Assembly (NCBI RefSeq): GCF_009914755.1
Contig: NC_060932.1
DNA: 64,000 nucleotides
Source: the human T2T-CHM13v2.0 reference genome, Homo sapiens
Reading direction: 5' to 3' (one strand)
Shown: piece by piece, positions 28,261 to 45,228 of the stretch
Layout of the letters: each line of letters opens with the position of its first letter
Position numbering within the stretch: the stretch's first letter is position 1
The notes under the pieces: model-generated
Told to the model about the DNA's origin: nothing
The model's input: the letters and a program-made list of their open reading frames with translations, nothing else
Databases searched by the model: none
Position numbers and translations under genes: made by a program

Positions 28261-29794
28261 ATGGTATTCATGGAAGAGTTCTGCCTGAGGCCTTTACTTG
28301 GGATCATGGATTAAAGGCCTGTGTGGACCAGAATGGCCTTTCTTTATTAGAAATGAGCAGGGTTGGACGTGGACCCATTGGTGAGTATGGACCATGCCAA
28401 GTGGTGGGTGTTTGCTACTGATTTCAGATATACTCCTGCCCTCAACAGGTTGACATTCTGATGACCTTCTGTCTTCTCTATGTATTTAAGATGCGTAGAT
28501 GTCCCCAAGGACGTGAGAATGCCAGCATTCTACCTCATTTAACCAGAGGAGACTCATGGGGCAGGAGGAGAAGAAGGGCAATGGAGAGAGACAGACACCT
28601 TGCAGAGAAGTGGGTGGTAAGGAAAATGGATTCAGGCACTTTCGAGTGTCAGAGAAGTGGGGCTGGGGTGGAATTTGAGATGGGCAGGGAATTGGGGGTG
28701 AAGAATGAAGGAAGGAGGGAAAAGGAAGCAAGAGACTGTTTTTATTTATTTACATTTTAAATGGAAACAAGTGCATGGAGAAAAAGAGAAGGAAAGAAGG
28801 GAAAGAGATGAGGGCAATGTCACACAGAGAATCTTCAGACACTTTAAAATGGACCTTTACTTCCCTGCAGCAAGGAATCAAGACAGCTTTTTTGCGAACA
28901 TGTTTTCTCGTGCAGCTGTGCAGGGTAGATGCCACATGTCACTTCCAGATCCTGGTTCTTCTGAGGATATTTTTTGAGGCTTTTTCTTGCCTTCCTAAGG
29001 CTGCCTGGCTAGCCAGCTAATGGTAAAGGCTCTCACTTCTTCTCCCCTCCCCACCACCCCATCCCCAGCTCCCTCTCCCTTTCCTCCGCCCCACTGAACT
29101 CCCTCTCCTCCTCTCCTGGGCAAGCCCAGGCTCCTCCTGCAGGAAAGGGCAGCCAGGATTGTGCCAAGCAGCCCACAGCTCTGGCAGAAAGTGCTGGAGA
29201 AACTTTAATGAATTCAAGACCTGCTGGGCTGTCCCAGAGAAAGAACTGGGCTTCAGCCTTGCAGGAAGAAGCAGAAAACTGCCCCCTTGTCAGGAAGATT
29301 TACGCCCTGGAGGCCCAGCAGGCCCTATTGCATCAGGCAAGCAATTACTTGGAAAACTACATTTTGTTGAAACAAAGAACACACAAAAAACCATCGAATT
29401 CCTTGCTGCTACCTCCCCCACTGCCACTGTACTTCCCCAAGTCGCAAAGAACTGGGATTTGGCTGCTTTGAAATCAAATGAGTGAGCTGCAAGGCTGGAC
29501 CCAGAGGAGAAGCTGCCCTCTCTAGGGAGATGAATGTGGAGGCAGTGAACTGCCTCCAGCCCAGGAATTACCTCTTGTTGGAACCGTTTACCCTTCTAGT
29601 GCAAGCATCTTGGAATTCCCTCATGCTGGGGTGGGGCACTGTGGGCTTCCAACTCCAGAGGCAGTTTCCAGCCCTGCAGCCCTGCTACAAGATTAGCGGC
29701 AACTAGGCTCTGCCTAGCTCCGAAATCCAACTGGTTAGGAGCAGCCACAAAATGTAGGTCCCCAAAGGCGGCCACAAGTCTCTAGAGAGTTTTC

Positions 29795-30025
29795 TGTGGG
29801 ACTTGATTACTGTTTTCAAATACTTAAAAGGCTGTCATTTGGTGAGGGATAGATTTATTCAGTGTGGAGCCAGAGGATAAAATTAAGACCAAAGGTGGAC
29901 GCTGTAAGAAAGCAGATTCAGGGCTCAAGAAAAAGAACAGTTTTGCTGCTAATGTTATCGGGCAGGGTAATGTACGGCCTTGGTAGGTAGTGAGTTCCCC
30001 AGCACTGGAGGTGTTCAAATAGAGA
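29795..30025 (+). mobile_element. L3/CR1 3' fragment
   Basis: ttttcaaatacttaaaaggctgtca...aggtagtgagttccccagcactggaggtgttcaa. Confidence 0.75.
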
Positions 30026-30649
30026 GAATTTGGAGAAAGTCTTTTCAGTGTTTGCTGTCTCCCACATGTACTTCTAGGGGATAGGTACTCAGCTTTTCAT
30101 GTCTGTATGCCGTGCCTGGCACAAACATAGCAAGGACTGGATGGCTGTTGAATGAATTAATGATTCAGTGGGTTACATTAAATGACATTTAAGATCTGTT
30201 TCAACAATGATGTGCTGGGGGTTCTGAGTGTTTTCTCACTCTTCAGAGGCCAGGAATGAGACAAAGTTTTGCTGGGAGAGAGCTGGGTCCACATATCGAG
30301 CTCACGGGAGGCCAGCATGGGGATAGGGGCAAAGCTGTGGGGCTCCTTTCCTGTGGCTCAAAAGACCAGGCTCGTTTCCAGCAGGATCCAGCCCGCACAC
30401 AAGGGTTTGGGGCAGAGATCTCTTTCCCTCTCATCTTTGAATAGAACTGCTTACAGCTCTCTGAGAGAACCCCAGGGCTCTGTGAGCCTTCTCAAATGGG
30501 GAGTGACAGGGTTGGGGTGGGAGCAGATGGAGTGGGACTTTGGTTCTGTACTCCCTAGTTTGAACAGAGCCACTTTACTTTCATCTGTCTTATATTTTTG
30601 GATTCCTTACCATATTTTTTGAAGAAATAATTATACACTAAAAAGTTGA

Positions 30650-30975
<326 letters not shown>

Positions 30976-30978
30976 TCA

Positions 30979-32240
<1,262 letters not shown>

Positions 32241-32654
32241 CAAGGGGAGACTAGTAAGAGATGAGCTCACAGAGCAAATGGGAGCCAGATCACGTAGGAT
32301 CTGTTGATTATTAAAGCCCTTTGACATTTCCCTGTTGGAGGTGGGAAGCCCTTGGAGGGCTTAAAGGAGAGAAGGGAGATAGGTCATCCAACTTAAAAAC
32401 CTATTGCCATAAGCCAGGTGAGAAAAGATGATGGGTTGGACCATGAGCATAATAGTCGAGGGATGGAAGTGGCCCAAATCTGAACATATTTTGAAGTAGA
32501 GTCAGTGGGATTTCCTGCTGGATTGGATGTGAGGTGTAACAGAAAGGAGTCAAGAATGACTCCAGGTGTTTCAATGGAGCAGGTAGAAGGATGGAGTCAT
32601 CATCAAATGAGATAGAGAAGCCTGGGGGAAGATCAGGTTTAGGGGAAAAACTGA

Positions 32655-32970
32655 CATGCTTATATGCTAAGTGAAATATGCCAGTCACAAAAACACACAT
32701 TCTGTATGAGCCCACTTATATGAGGTCCCTAGTGTAGTTATATTTATAGAAATAGGAAGTAGAATGGTGGTTGCCAGGGGTTTGGGCAAAGGAGGAATGG
32801 AGGGGGCTTGTTTATTGGGTAAAGGGTTTGAGCTTTGCAAGATTAAAAGAGTTTTGGACATCTGTTTCACAACAATGCCAATGTACTTGATACTACTGAT
32901 CTGTACTCTTAAAAATGATCAAGCTGGTAAATTTTATGTTGTATACATTTTTTCCATATTTAAAAAAATT
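32655..32970 (+). mobile_element. L1MB 3' end
   Basis: atgctaagtgaaatatgccagtcacaaaa...gtagaatggtggttgccaggg...ggtaaattttatgtt. Confidence 0.85.
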
Positions 32971-33265
32971 GGCCGGGCGTGGTGGCTCATGCCTATAATT
33001 CCAGCACCTTGGGGGCCGAGGCGGGCAGATCACTTGAGGTCAGGGCTTTCAGATCAGCCTGGCCAACATGGAGAAACCTTGTCTCTACTAAAACTACAAA
33101 AATTAGCTGGACATGGTGGCGGGCACCTGTAATCCCAGCTACTCGAGAGGCCGAGCAGGAAAATCACTTGAACCCGGGAGGTGGAGATTGCAGTGTTGTG
33201 AGATCACGGCACTGCACTCCTGTCTAGGTGACAGAGTGAGAATCCATCTCAAAAAAAAAAAAATT
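32971..33265 (+). mobile_element. Alu (AluS)
   Basis: Full Alu inserted in the L1 A-tail. Confidence 0.96.
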
Positions 33266-33312
33266 AAGACAAAAGAAAAAGTAAGCAAACACTGGCTTTA
33301 AAATAAAATGAA

Positions 33313-33736
<424 letters not shown>

Positions 33737-33869
33737 CTATCTGGAAACCAAGTGAAGAAAGCATTTCAAGGTGACAGTGTTGATCAACTACGACAAATGC
33801 TCTCGAGGGGTCCAGAAAGGTAAACATTGGCTTGAACAATGTGGAGGTCATTGGTGACCTTGAGAAGTA

Positions 33870-34108
33870 CAAGCTGAGCATCTCAAATCTGAAAATCTGA
33901 AATTCAAAGTTCTCCAAGATCAACAATTTTTGGAGTGCCCACATGATGCTCAAAAAAAAATGCTCATGGGAGAATTTTGAAATTTGCATTTTCAGATTTG
34001 GCCTGCTCAACCGGTAAGTAAATTGCAAATATTCAAAAATCAGAAAAAAAATCCAAAATTCGAAACACTTCTGGTCCCAAGCATTTGGGATAAGAGATAC
34101 TCAGGCTG
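33870..34108 (+). mobile_element. Tigger4a (MER46) MITE, intact
   Basis: TA|caagctgagcatctc ... gagatactcaggctg|TA. Confidence 0.9.
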
Positions 34109-35324
34109 TATAATCTCAGCAGAATGGTAAGTGTGGCAGCCTGAAAGGGTGGGCTGTGAGAGGTTAGGAGAAGGAAAATTGGAGACAGTGAGTGTAGCTA
34201 ACTTCCTAGGAGCTTTGTTCTAAAGGTGAGCAGAGGCGTGGAGTCAAGGAGGCTTTTGGTTTTGTTTTGAGATAGGTAAAATAATAGCATATTTGGACGT
34301 TGACAGGAATGATACAGGAGGGGAGAAACAGGAATGCTGCAGGAGAGAAAGAGGAAAATTGCTGGAGGGATGTCCTTGAATAGGCAAGAGGGGACGTGAT
34401 CTAGTGCACACACGCAAGAGAGTACACTCCAACCTCAAAATCCCAAAGGTTCCAGTAATCCCCAACTGCGTAGCCAGATTCTCCCCCTACTCTGTATTTT
34501 TGCTCATGGTGCTTCCTCCCCTAGAAACATCCTTCTCTCACTGTGGCACACTGAACTCCTGACCTCAAAAGCCCTGCTAAGTTCTATCTTCCCCTCAAAG
34601 TCTTCCCTCATCACCCCACGGAGAAGAAGTTTCTCCCTTACCCCCACTGCCCAGAGTTCTTCATCCATGCCCTCTTGATTTTATTTTCTCCCTTGAATTG
34701 CAGTTTCATCTCCATCCTAAATGGAAAGCTACCCAAGTGAATGAGTGGGACCTCATCATCATGGTCATCATCATCATCATCACAGTTGTGCAGAGCTTAC
34801 TATCTGCCAGCACCATGCGAAGTGCCCTATGCCATTTAATGAAATTGAAGCTTAATTTTACAAAGGAGCAAACAGAAGCTTGGAATAACTTGTCTGAGTC
34901 ACAGAGACAGAAAGTGATTCATAGAGAGGTCTGTGTAACTCTGGCTGGTGCTAACAGTAGCTTGTTCCTACCTCTGTACTCCCTGCTGTATCTCCCGCTG
35001 CTCTGGGCCCGGCACACAGCGATGCTCAAAGTACAGAGAGATCTAGAGAAATACAGCCTGCCCAAGGAGGAACGGCTCCATACATGTGACTGACTCTGCC
35101 TGTTATCTGAACCCGTTTTTTGAAGCAGGGAAACAACTAGACACCACAGCCTGGCTTGCTGTGGAGACCGTGGGCCCCAGGGCTCTGCTGTGTGCCAGGT
35201 GTGTGCTCCACAGAGGCAGCGAGGAGATGCAGGGACCATCTCTAGGAGAGACCTAGAGACTCCTGGCACCAGCTCCAAGAACTCTCCATGATGAGGAACC
35301 ACAGCCAGAGAAACACTCTCTGCA

Positions 35325-35548
35325 GAAAAGGAGGAGAAGCAGGAGGAAAAGGAGGGGGAGGAGGAGAGAGAGAAGACTTGGGAGGGCACAGGAAAGGAAG
35401 AAAAGGCGAATGAAGAAAGAAAGAGGAGGGGAAGAAGAAGGACAGGAGAAGAGGGGTGAAAGGAGACCAGGAAAATGAAGAAAAGGGGGAAATGAGTTGG
35501 GGAAAGAGCAGGAAAGCAGGGAACAAAGTGGGGGAAAGAGGAAAGGCA
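35325..35548. repeat. Polypurine (GA-rich) low-complexity tract
   Basis: ~220 bp that is predominantly A/G on the + strand. Confidence 0.85.
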
Positions 35549-35644
35549 ATTCCTTGGGACATTTGATTGTGTGCTGCAGGTTGACTATGTCTGTGAACCA
35601 GTGGGCTGCTTGAGCTATGCCACGGCTCTATTCTAAAGAGAAGG

Positions 35645-35927
35645 GGTGCCTGTAATCCCAGCACTTTGGGAGGCTGAGGCAGGTGGATCACTTGAGGTCA
35701 GGAGTTCCAGACCAGCCTGACCAACATGGTGAAACCCCATCTCTACTGAAAATACAAAAATTAGCTGGGCGTGTTGGCGCACGTGTATAGTCCTAGCTAC
35801 TCTGGAGGCTGAGGCAGAAGAATCCCTTGAGCCCAGGAAGCGCAGGTTGCAGTGAGCTGGGATTGCACCACTGCACTCCAGCCTGGGCAACAGAGTGAGA
35901 CTCTATCTCAAGAAAAAAAAAAAAAAA
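35645..35927 (+). mobile_element. Alu (AluS), slightly 5'-truncated
   Basis: Starts at gcctgtaatcccagc and ends in a poly-A tail. Confidence 0.95.
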
Positions 35928-36170
35928 GAGGTGGGTGACTTTTCCTGGGAAGCAGAAAGGGGCCTTCTCCATTCTGTTCACTCAGTCACACTGCTCAGGC
36001 CAACAAGTCAAGAGGAGTCAGGTGCAGAGCCTGGGCCTCTGGCCTATGGAGAGCAAGCTCCTAGTAGGGCTAGCCTTGCACAAACCTTTCTCTACCTCTT
36101 GCAGCCCTACTTCATCCAGTATGTGTTCAGCATGGTCTTAACAGCCACTGAGTCAAAATAGTTACCTTTA

Positions 36171-36494
<324 letters not shown>

Positions 36495-39252
36495 GCCGTG
36501 ACAAGGTACTATTTTGAAAAACGTGCTCATATGGAACCATCATTTCTCCCTAGGACCTCACTCCAAAAAGCAATGTTTCTTTTGATAAAACTATGTGAGT
36601 TTCTCAGGTTCTCCCTTGAGAGCAGCTTTTGGCTGGGGAAACGGCTGCTGGGGCATCAAATTGTGGGGAATGAAAGAATAGCACGGAGGGTGATGCAGAA
36701 GGAGCTGGAGTTGTGCCCAGACCACAACTCAGCTCCAAAACCTAACCATTTTGAAGGCCTCCAAGGCCCAAAGGTCAGCTCGGATATGCTCTGTGGACTC
36801 CATCAGCACTCCATCAGCACACTCCAGGGCCCAGGTGAGAGGCCTTGGTCTTTGTTCCCGTCCAGTGGTCCCAGAATATGCTGGGACTTCCTGGAACTGA
36901 GCGAGCCTCCTGAGCCCCTCCTTAGGACCCTGCCTTCTGAGGCTGTGGGGAGGTGAGATGGGTAAAGCTTGAACCTTGGGCCCATGACTTGGGGCAGTGT
37001 AAGGGGCAGGGAACGTCCTAGAGCAGAGCCACTGCCTTCTGCACAGAGGATTTGACTTCAGGCCTGAGTCATTAAGGGACTGCCATGGCTATAAAAAGAA
37101 GTTTGGCAGGTTTTTAAAGAGCTAAAATAATTGCCTATGCATGCCAACAGCTCATTAGCTCAAGCCAGATGCTTCAGTGCGGACAGGAAGCCTCGCACCC
37201 TGGGCAGGGGGTGCCCTGCGATCTTCTGCCAGCTGGGAAGGGGTGCTACAGCTTGGCCTGCCTGGGCAGCCAGCTCCCCGTCCAGCCAAGAGACGAAGTA
37301 GACAGGCGTTTATCAGACAACAGGCACCTCGGCACTGAAATACCTCCAGTTTTCACACTTTCAGCTTCCAACTACCCAGTGGAAAAGCAGAAGAAATACA
37401 GACAGGAAGAACCCTGGCTGGAAGTTTTGGTTCTGTTCCCTTAGACAAGAACAAGAGCCTTAGAAAATGGCTTTGTTCGTAGCTGAGGACCATCTCCACG
37501 GCGCCCAGGGAGTCTTGTGATTTGCAGACATGCTCACCTTCCTGCCATCCCACCTTTCCATTGTACAGAACTCAGCATTTTTTTTTTAATTAAAAAAATT
37601 TTGATTTTAGACTCAGGGTGTGCACATGCATGTTTGTTGTATGGGTATATTGTGTGACGCTGGGGTTTGGGCTTCTAATAATCCTATCATCCCAGTAGGG
37701 AATATAGTACCCAATAGATAGTTTTTTCAACCTTTGTCCCACTCTCTCCCTCCTTCCTTTTGGGGTCCAGTGTTTACTATTCCCATCTTTGTGCCTGTGT
37801 GTACCCCATGCTTAGCTCCCACTTATAAATGAGAACATGCGATATTTGGTTTTCTGTTCCTGTATTAATTCACTTAGGCCAAGGGCCTCCAGCTGCATCC
37901 ATGTTGCTGCAAAGGACATGATTTTGTTCTTTTTTATGGTTGTGTAGTATTCCATGGGGCATATGTGCCATATTTTCTTCATCCAATCCACCATTGATGG
38001 GCATTTGGGTTGATTTCCATGTCTTTGCTATTGTGAATGGTGCTGCAATAAACATTTGAGTGCAGATGTCTTTTTGGTAGAATGATTTATTTTCCTACAA
38101 CTAGTAATGGGATTGCTGGGTTGAACTGTAATTCTGTTTTTAGTTCTTTAAGAAATCTCTAAAATGCTTTCCACAGTGGCTGAACTAATTTGCATTCCCA
38201 CCAACAGTGTATAAGGGTTCCCTTTTCTCTGCAGCCTTGCCAACATCGGTTATTTTTTGACTTTTTAATAATAGCCATTCCTGAGTGGTGTGAGATGATA
38301 TCTTGTTGTGGTTTTGATTTGCATCACTTTGATGATTAGCAGTGCTGAGCATTTTTTCATATGTTTGTTGGCCACCTGTATATCTTCTTTTGAGAAGTGT
38401 CTGTTCATGTCCTTTGCCCACTTTTCAATGGGGTTGTTTTTTACTTGTTGAGTTGTTTGGGTTCCTTATAGATTCTAGATAATAGTCCTTTGTCATATGC
38501 ATAGTGTTTGTAAATATTTTTTCCCATTCTGTAGACTGTCTGTTTACTCTGTTGATAGCTTCTTTTGCTATGCAGGAGCTCTTTAATTAGGTCCCAATTT
38601 TCAATATTTTTTGTTGCATTTGCTTTCGAGGACTTAGTCATAAATTCTTTGCTTAGGCCAATGTCTAGAAGGGTATTTCCTAGGTTTTCTCCTAGGATTT
38701 TTTATCATTTTAGGGCTTACATTTAAATCTTTAATCCATCCTGAGTTAATTTTTGTATATATTAAGAGATAGGTGTCCACTTTCATTCTTCTGCATATGG
38801 TCAGCCAGTTTTCTCAGAACAATTTATTGAATAAAGCGTCCTTTCTCTATTGTTTATTTTTGTTGACTTTGTCAAAGATCACTTGGTTATAGATGTGTGA
38901 GTTTATTTTCAGGGTCTCTATTCTGTTCCATTGGTGTATGTGTCTATTTTTGTACCAATAGCATTCTGTTTTGGTTACTGTAGCCTTGTAGTTTAGTTTG
39001 AAGTCGGGTGATGTGATGCCTCTGGCTTTTCTTTGCTTATGATTGCCTTGGCTATTTGGGCTCTTTTTGGTTCCATATGAATTTTAGAATAGCATTTTTC
39101 TAATTCTGTGAAAAATGACATTGGTAATTTGACAGGAATAGTGTTGAATCAGTAGATTGCTTTGGGCAGTATGGACATTTAACGATATTGATTCTTCCAA
39201 TCCATGAGTATGTGATGCTTTACCATTTGTATGTGTCAGCTATGATTTCTTT

Positions 39253-39562
39253 TTTTTCTTTTTCTTTTTCTTTCTTTTTTTTTTTTTTTTTGAGATGATG
39301 TTTCACTCTTGTTGCCCAGGTTGGAGTGCAGTGGCATGATCTTGGCTCACTGCAACCTCCGCCCCCTGGGATAAAGTGATTCTCCTGAGTAGCTGGGATT
39401 ACAGGCACCCACCATCTTGCCTGGATAATTTTTTGTATTTTTAGTAGAGATGGGGTTTCATCATGTTGGCCAGGCTGGTCTCTAACTCCTGACCTCAGGT
39501 GATCCACTCACCTCGGCCTCCCAAAGTGCTGGAATTACAGGCATGAGCCACCGCGCCAAGCC
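39253..39562 (-). mobile_element. Alu (AluS) in L1, with a short microhomology-flanked deletion near 39385
   Basis: TSD ct(a/g)tgatttcttt. gattctcctgagtagc lacks the usual gcctcagcctcc segment. Confidence 0.95.
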
Positions 39563-40119
39563 CTGTGATTTCTTTCATCAGTGTTTCATAGTTCTCCTTG
39601 TAGAGATATTTCACCTCCTTGGTTAGATGTATTCCCAGGTATTTTATTTGTGTGTATGTGTGGCTATTGTAAATGGGATTAGATTCTTAATTTGGTTCTC
39701 AGATTGAATGGTATTGATGTATAGAAATGCTTTCAATTTTTGTATGTTGACTTTGTATCTCAAGGCTTTGCTAAAGTTGTTTATCAGATCTAGGAGAATT
39801 TTGGCAGAGTCTTTAGGTATAAAATCATATCGTCAGCAAAGAGAGATAATTTGACTTTCTCTTTTCCCATTTGGATGCCTTTTATTTTGTTCTCTTCCCT
39901 GATTGCTCAGGCTAGGACTTCCAGTACTATGTTGAATAAGAGCGGTGAAAGTGGACATACTTGTCTTGTTCCAGTTCTCAAGGAAAATGCTTCCAGCCTT
40001 TTCTCATTCAGTATGATGCTGGCAGTGGGTCTGTCATAGATGGCTCTTATTATTTTGAGGTATGTTCCTTCAATGCTTAGCTTGTTGAGAGTTTTTATCA
40101 TGAAGAGATGTTGTATTTT

Positions 40120-40456
<337 letters not shown>

Positions 40457-41193
40457 TAATCATATGGTTTTTAATTCTGTTTATGTGATGATCCACATTT
40501 ATTGGTTTGCTTACATTGAACCATCCTTGCATCCCAAGAATAAAGCCCATTTGATCATGGTGAATTAACTTTTTGATGTGCTGCTGGATTTGGTTTGCTA
40601 ATATTTTGTTGAAAATTTTTGTGTCTATTTCATCAGGGATATTGGCCTGTAGTTTTATTTTTTTGTTGTTGTGTGTTTGACAGATTTTGGTATCAGGATG
40701 ATACTGGTTTTATAGAATGGGTTAGGGAGAAGTCCCTCATCCTTGATTTTTTGGAATAATTTCAATAGGATTAGTATCAGCTCCTCTTTGTATGTATGGT
40801 AGAACTTGGCTGTGAATCCATCTGGTCCAGGTCTTTTTTTTGGTTGGTAGGCTTTTTATTACTGATTCAAATTCGATTACTCCTTATTTGTGTGTTCAGG
40901 ATTTCTGGGGGTTTTGTTGTTGTTGTTGTTGTTGTTCAATATTGGGAGGTTTCTGTGTTTCCAGGAATTTATCCATTTCCTTTAGATTTTCTAGTTTGTG
41001 TGCAAAGAGATGTTCACAGTAGTTTCTGAGGATCTTTTGTATTTCTGTGGGATTGGCTGTGATGTTGCCTTTGTCATGTCTGATTGTGCTTATTTGGATC
41101 TTCTCTCTTTTTTCTTTGTTAATCTACTTAGCAGTCTATCTTTAAAAAAAAAAACAACTTTTCATTTTGTTGATCCTTTTTTTGGGTCTCAGT

Positions 41194-41528
<335 letters not shown>

Positions 41529-41574
41529 TGAGTCTCAATTTCATTTCAGGAACTTGGCATTTAAAATCAGAAGG

Positions 41575-41735
41575 TTTCTTGGCAGGAGATTTTGCTTTGA
41601 ATCCTGTCTTGCCTGTTTATCAAAAGTGTAACCTTGCAAAGGCCAGTTGGTCTTTCTGAGTCTCAGTTTCCTCATTTCTATATCGGGATTGTTGTGATTT
41701 TGTGAGATCACATGTGAAAGTGCCTTATAAATAAG
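41575..41735 (+). mobile_element. MIR
   Basis: tctgagtctcagtttcctcattt...gattgttgtgattt...tgtgaaagtgcctt. Confidence 0.7.
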
Positions 41736-41929
41736 GAATCCAAGACATTGTGGGTGGAGAAATTGCAAAATTAGTGAGTGTCATAACGAGGCCTCATTAA
41801 ATCTGGCTAATGAGGTCTGGTTTCCAGGACTATTTTATGACTCTCTAGGTCCTCATGGTAGAAATGGAGAAGACATCTTTGGGGCCAATGTCTAGGTCTA
41901 CTAGGAAGGTAGGCTTGTCCTGTCCCAAG

Positions 41930-42330
41930 GACAATGAAATATTCAGCCTTAAAAAGGAAAGAAATTCTGACATATGCTACAACATGGATGAACTTTGAGG
42001 ATATTATGCTAAGTGAAATAAGTCAGTCACAAAAAGACAAATACTATATGAATCCATTTATATGACAGATCTAGAATAGTCAAATTCATGGACACAGAAA
42101 GCAAAATGGACTCATAGGAGGGGAAATAAAGAGTTATTGTTTAATGGGTATAGAGTTTCAGTTTTGCAAGATAAAAGAATCTTAGGGATGGATACTGGTG
42201 ATTGTTGCACAATACCATGAATGTATTTAATGGCACTGAACTGAATACTTTAAAAATGGTTAAGATGGTAAATTTTATGTTGTGTGTATTTTACCACATT
42301 TAAAATAATAATAATAAATGAATATTTTTA
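41930..42330 (+). mobile_element. L1MB 3' end
   Basis: attcagccttaaaaaggaaagaaattctgacatatgctacaacatggatgaac...aaaaatggttaagatggtaaattttatg. Confidence 0.9.
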
Positions 42331-42459
42331 AATGGCCACCCGAATTTTATAAGCTACTGCCCCACACAATTGGAATCTACTCTTGTACATATGGTATATA
42401 ATAAAATATCATCTGATAATTTCTTTAAAGGAAAATCAAGATTAAATAAAGACTACTAT

Positions 42460-42614
42460 GTTGGGCATGGTGGCTTGTGCCTGCAGTCCTAGCTACTTGA
42501 GAGGCTGAGGCAGGAGGATCACCTGAGCCCATGAGTTTGAGCTCCAGTGAGCTATGATCATGCTGCTGTGCTCCAAGCTGGGTGACAGAGTGAGACACTC
42601 TTAAAAAAAAAAAA
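42460..42614 (+). mobile_element. Alu monomer (FRAM/FAM-like)
   Basis: Single Alu arm followed by poly-A. Confidence 0.85.
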
Positions 42615-42708
42615 TCAAACATGTAGGAATAAATCTAACAAAAGAGGTATAAGATCTCCTTACTGCAAATTACAAAACATTACTGAGAGAAATTAAAGAA
42701 GAGATAGA

Positions 42709-43140
42709 TGTTTTAGTCTGAATATTTGTTCTTTCCAAAATTCATGTTGAAATTGAATCCCTAATACAGCAGTATTGAGAGGTAAGGCCATTAAGATGTG
42801 ATTGGGTCATGGCAGCTCTGCTCTCAGGAATGGATTAAGCTTTTCATGGATTTATAGGCTAATGGGCTAATGGATTAATGAGTTGTCATGGGAATGGGAC
42901 TGGTGGCTTTATAAGAAGAGGAAGAGAGACCTGAACTAGTACACACAGCCCCCACTGTGGTATTCTATGCCACCCTGGGACTCTGCAGAGAATCTCCACC
43001 AGCAGGAAGGCTCTCATTAGTTGTGATCTCTTGACCTTTGACTTCTCAGCCTCCATAACGATAAGAAATAAATTTATTTTCCTTACAAATTACTGAGTTT
43101 CTGATATTCTGTTGTAAGCAACAGAAAACAGACTAAGACA
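42709..43140 (+). mobile_element. MaLR solo LTR (MSTC-like)
   Basis: ccaaaattcatgttgaaatt...ataagaagaggaagagagacctga...cagactaagaca. Confidence 0.87.
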
Positions 43141-44021
43141 GTAAATATATACCATGGTCAGTGATTGGAAGACTCAGTGCTGTAAAAAGTCAATTCTCTC
43201 AAAATTGATCGATAGATTCAATACAATTCCAATAGAAATCCAAGCCAGGTTGTTGTTTTTTTTGGTAGAAATTGACAAGCTGATTCTAAAATCTATGTGG
43301 AAATGGAAAGAGCTATGCATAATAAAGACACTCTTGAGGAAAACAAAGTCAGAGGAGTTATATGATCAGCTATCAAGACTTATCTTAAGCTTTGATAATT
43401 AAAATTGTATGGAATTGGTACAAAGACAGACATAAAGACCAACAGAACATAACAGGACCCAGAAATAGACCCACATAGACACAGTCACCCGGCTTATGGC
43501 AAAGTTATCACTGAAATGTAATGAGATGAGGGTGATCTTTTCAGTAAACGGTGCTAAGGTTAATTAGAAGTCCAAACAAAAAAAAGTAAATTTGGTCTCT
43601 AGAACATGCTATACACAACAATCAATTCAGGGTGGACCACAGACATTAATATGAAGAGTAATACAATAAAGCTTCTAGAAGGCAACATGTGAATATTCTC
43701 ATGATATTAGAGTATGTGAAGATTTTGTAAACAGATCACAATAAAACCCACTTGTCAGAAAGGAATAAAAAACTGTGAAAATTAAGAATTTCCATTCATA
43801 AAAAGACACCATGAAAAGAATGAAAAGGCAATATATATTTTTGTATTGCATATATCTGACAAAGGACTCATCTTTAAAATATACAAAACACTTCTATAAA
43901 TCAATAAGTAAAAGAAAGACAACCTAATGAAAAAGAACTTGGCAAATCAGTATAGGCACTTTACAGGAGAGGGTCTCTAAGTAGCCAGGAAGCATATGAA
44001 AAGGTGCTTGATGCAGCTACA

Positions 44022-44422
44022 GTGTGGAGTTAAGGTTGCCTTCTGGGACTAAAGCGCTCATCTCCCTAGCTTCTGGGAGCCTTCTCCTCCCCTGTGGTCC
44101 TCTCTAGGAACTGCCCTTGGCAAAAGAGAACTCTACTACCCAGTCATATTCCTTTCCAAGGACAACCTGCATTCAATGATGGGTCAAAACCACATTCAGT
44201 GATTGCTGTGAAGGCTTGGCCCCCTTGCCTCAAGGCAGGACAACTCTGAAGGGTCAGGCCAGCTCCTGAGTTCCCATGGGATCAGCGGAAGCCTATTGCA
44301 ATGAGACGTCCATCCTGTTGCCTTCTGTCTCTGACAGGTGTCCATCTAAGGGCATTCCCCAATCAACTTCCTCATGCAAACCTCCATCTCAGTCTGTTTC
44401 TCAAGGGACCTGACCTGAGACA
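44022..44422 (+). mobile_element. ERVL solo LTR (LTR16-like)
   Basis: cccttgcctcaaggcaggacaactctgaaggg...catgcaaacctccatctcagtctgtttc...acctgagaca. Confidence 0.78.
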
Positions 44423-44859
44423 GTAGTCAACTTCATTAGTTATTGGGAAAATGCAAATTCAAATGACCATGGGTCTAAAATGACTAAAATTGAAAATATT
44501 GACAATACTAAGTATTTGGGAGGATGAGAAGTTGTGGGATTGTAAATTGGTACAAGGATTTTGGTAAATTGGCATTATTTACCAGAGTTAAAGGTACAGA
44601 TACCCTGTGGCCCAGAAATTCCACTCTTGGGTTTATACCAAAATGAAATGTGAGCATATGTTCACCAAAAGACATATATAAAAATGTTCGTAGCAGCATT
44701 ATTTGTAATAGCCCCAAACTGGAAATAACACAAACATCCATCAACAGCAGAGTGGTTAAATGAATTGGTATATCTATATGATGGAATAAACAAGAACAAA
44801 TGCCATAATATCAGATGAACCTAAATATTGAAGAAAAGAAACCACACATAGAAGAGTAC

Positions 44860-45228
44860 TGATATGGTTTGGCTCTGTGTCCCCACACAAATCCCACTTC
44901 AAATTGTAATCCCCATGTGTTGAGGGAGGGACCTGGTGGGAGATGATTAAATTATGGGGGCAGTTTCCCCCATGCGGTTCTCATGATGTAAGTTCTCACG
45001 AGACCTGATGGTTTTAAAAAGTGTTTGGCAGCTCCCCTCTGTGCACTGTCTCTCTCTCCTGCTGCCATATAAGACTTGTCTTCCTTCCCCTTTGCCTTCT
45101 TCCATTATTGTAAGTTTCCTGAGGCCTCCCCAGCCATGCAAAACTGTGAGTCAATTAAACCTCTTTTGTTTATAAATTACCCAGTCTCAGGTAGTATCTT
45201 TATATCAGTGTGAGAACAGACTAATACA
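44860..45228 (+). mobile_element. THE1D/MSTA-like MaLR solo LTR
   Basis: tgatatggtttggctctgtgtcccc...gactaataca with perfect TSD agtac. Confidence 0.93.
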
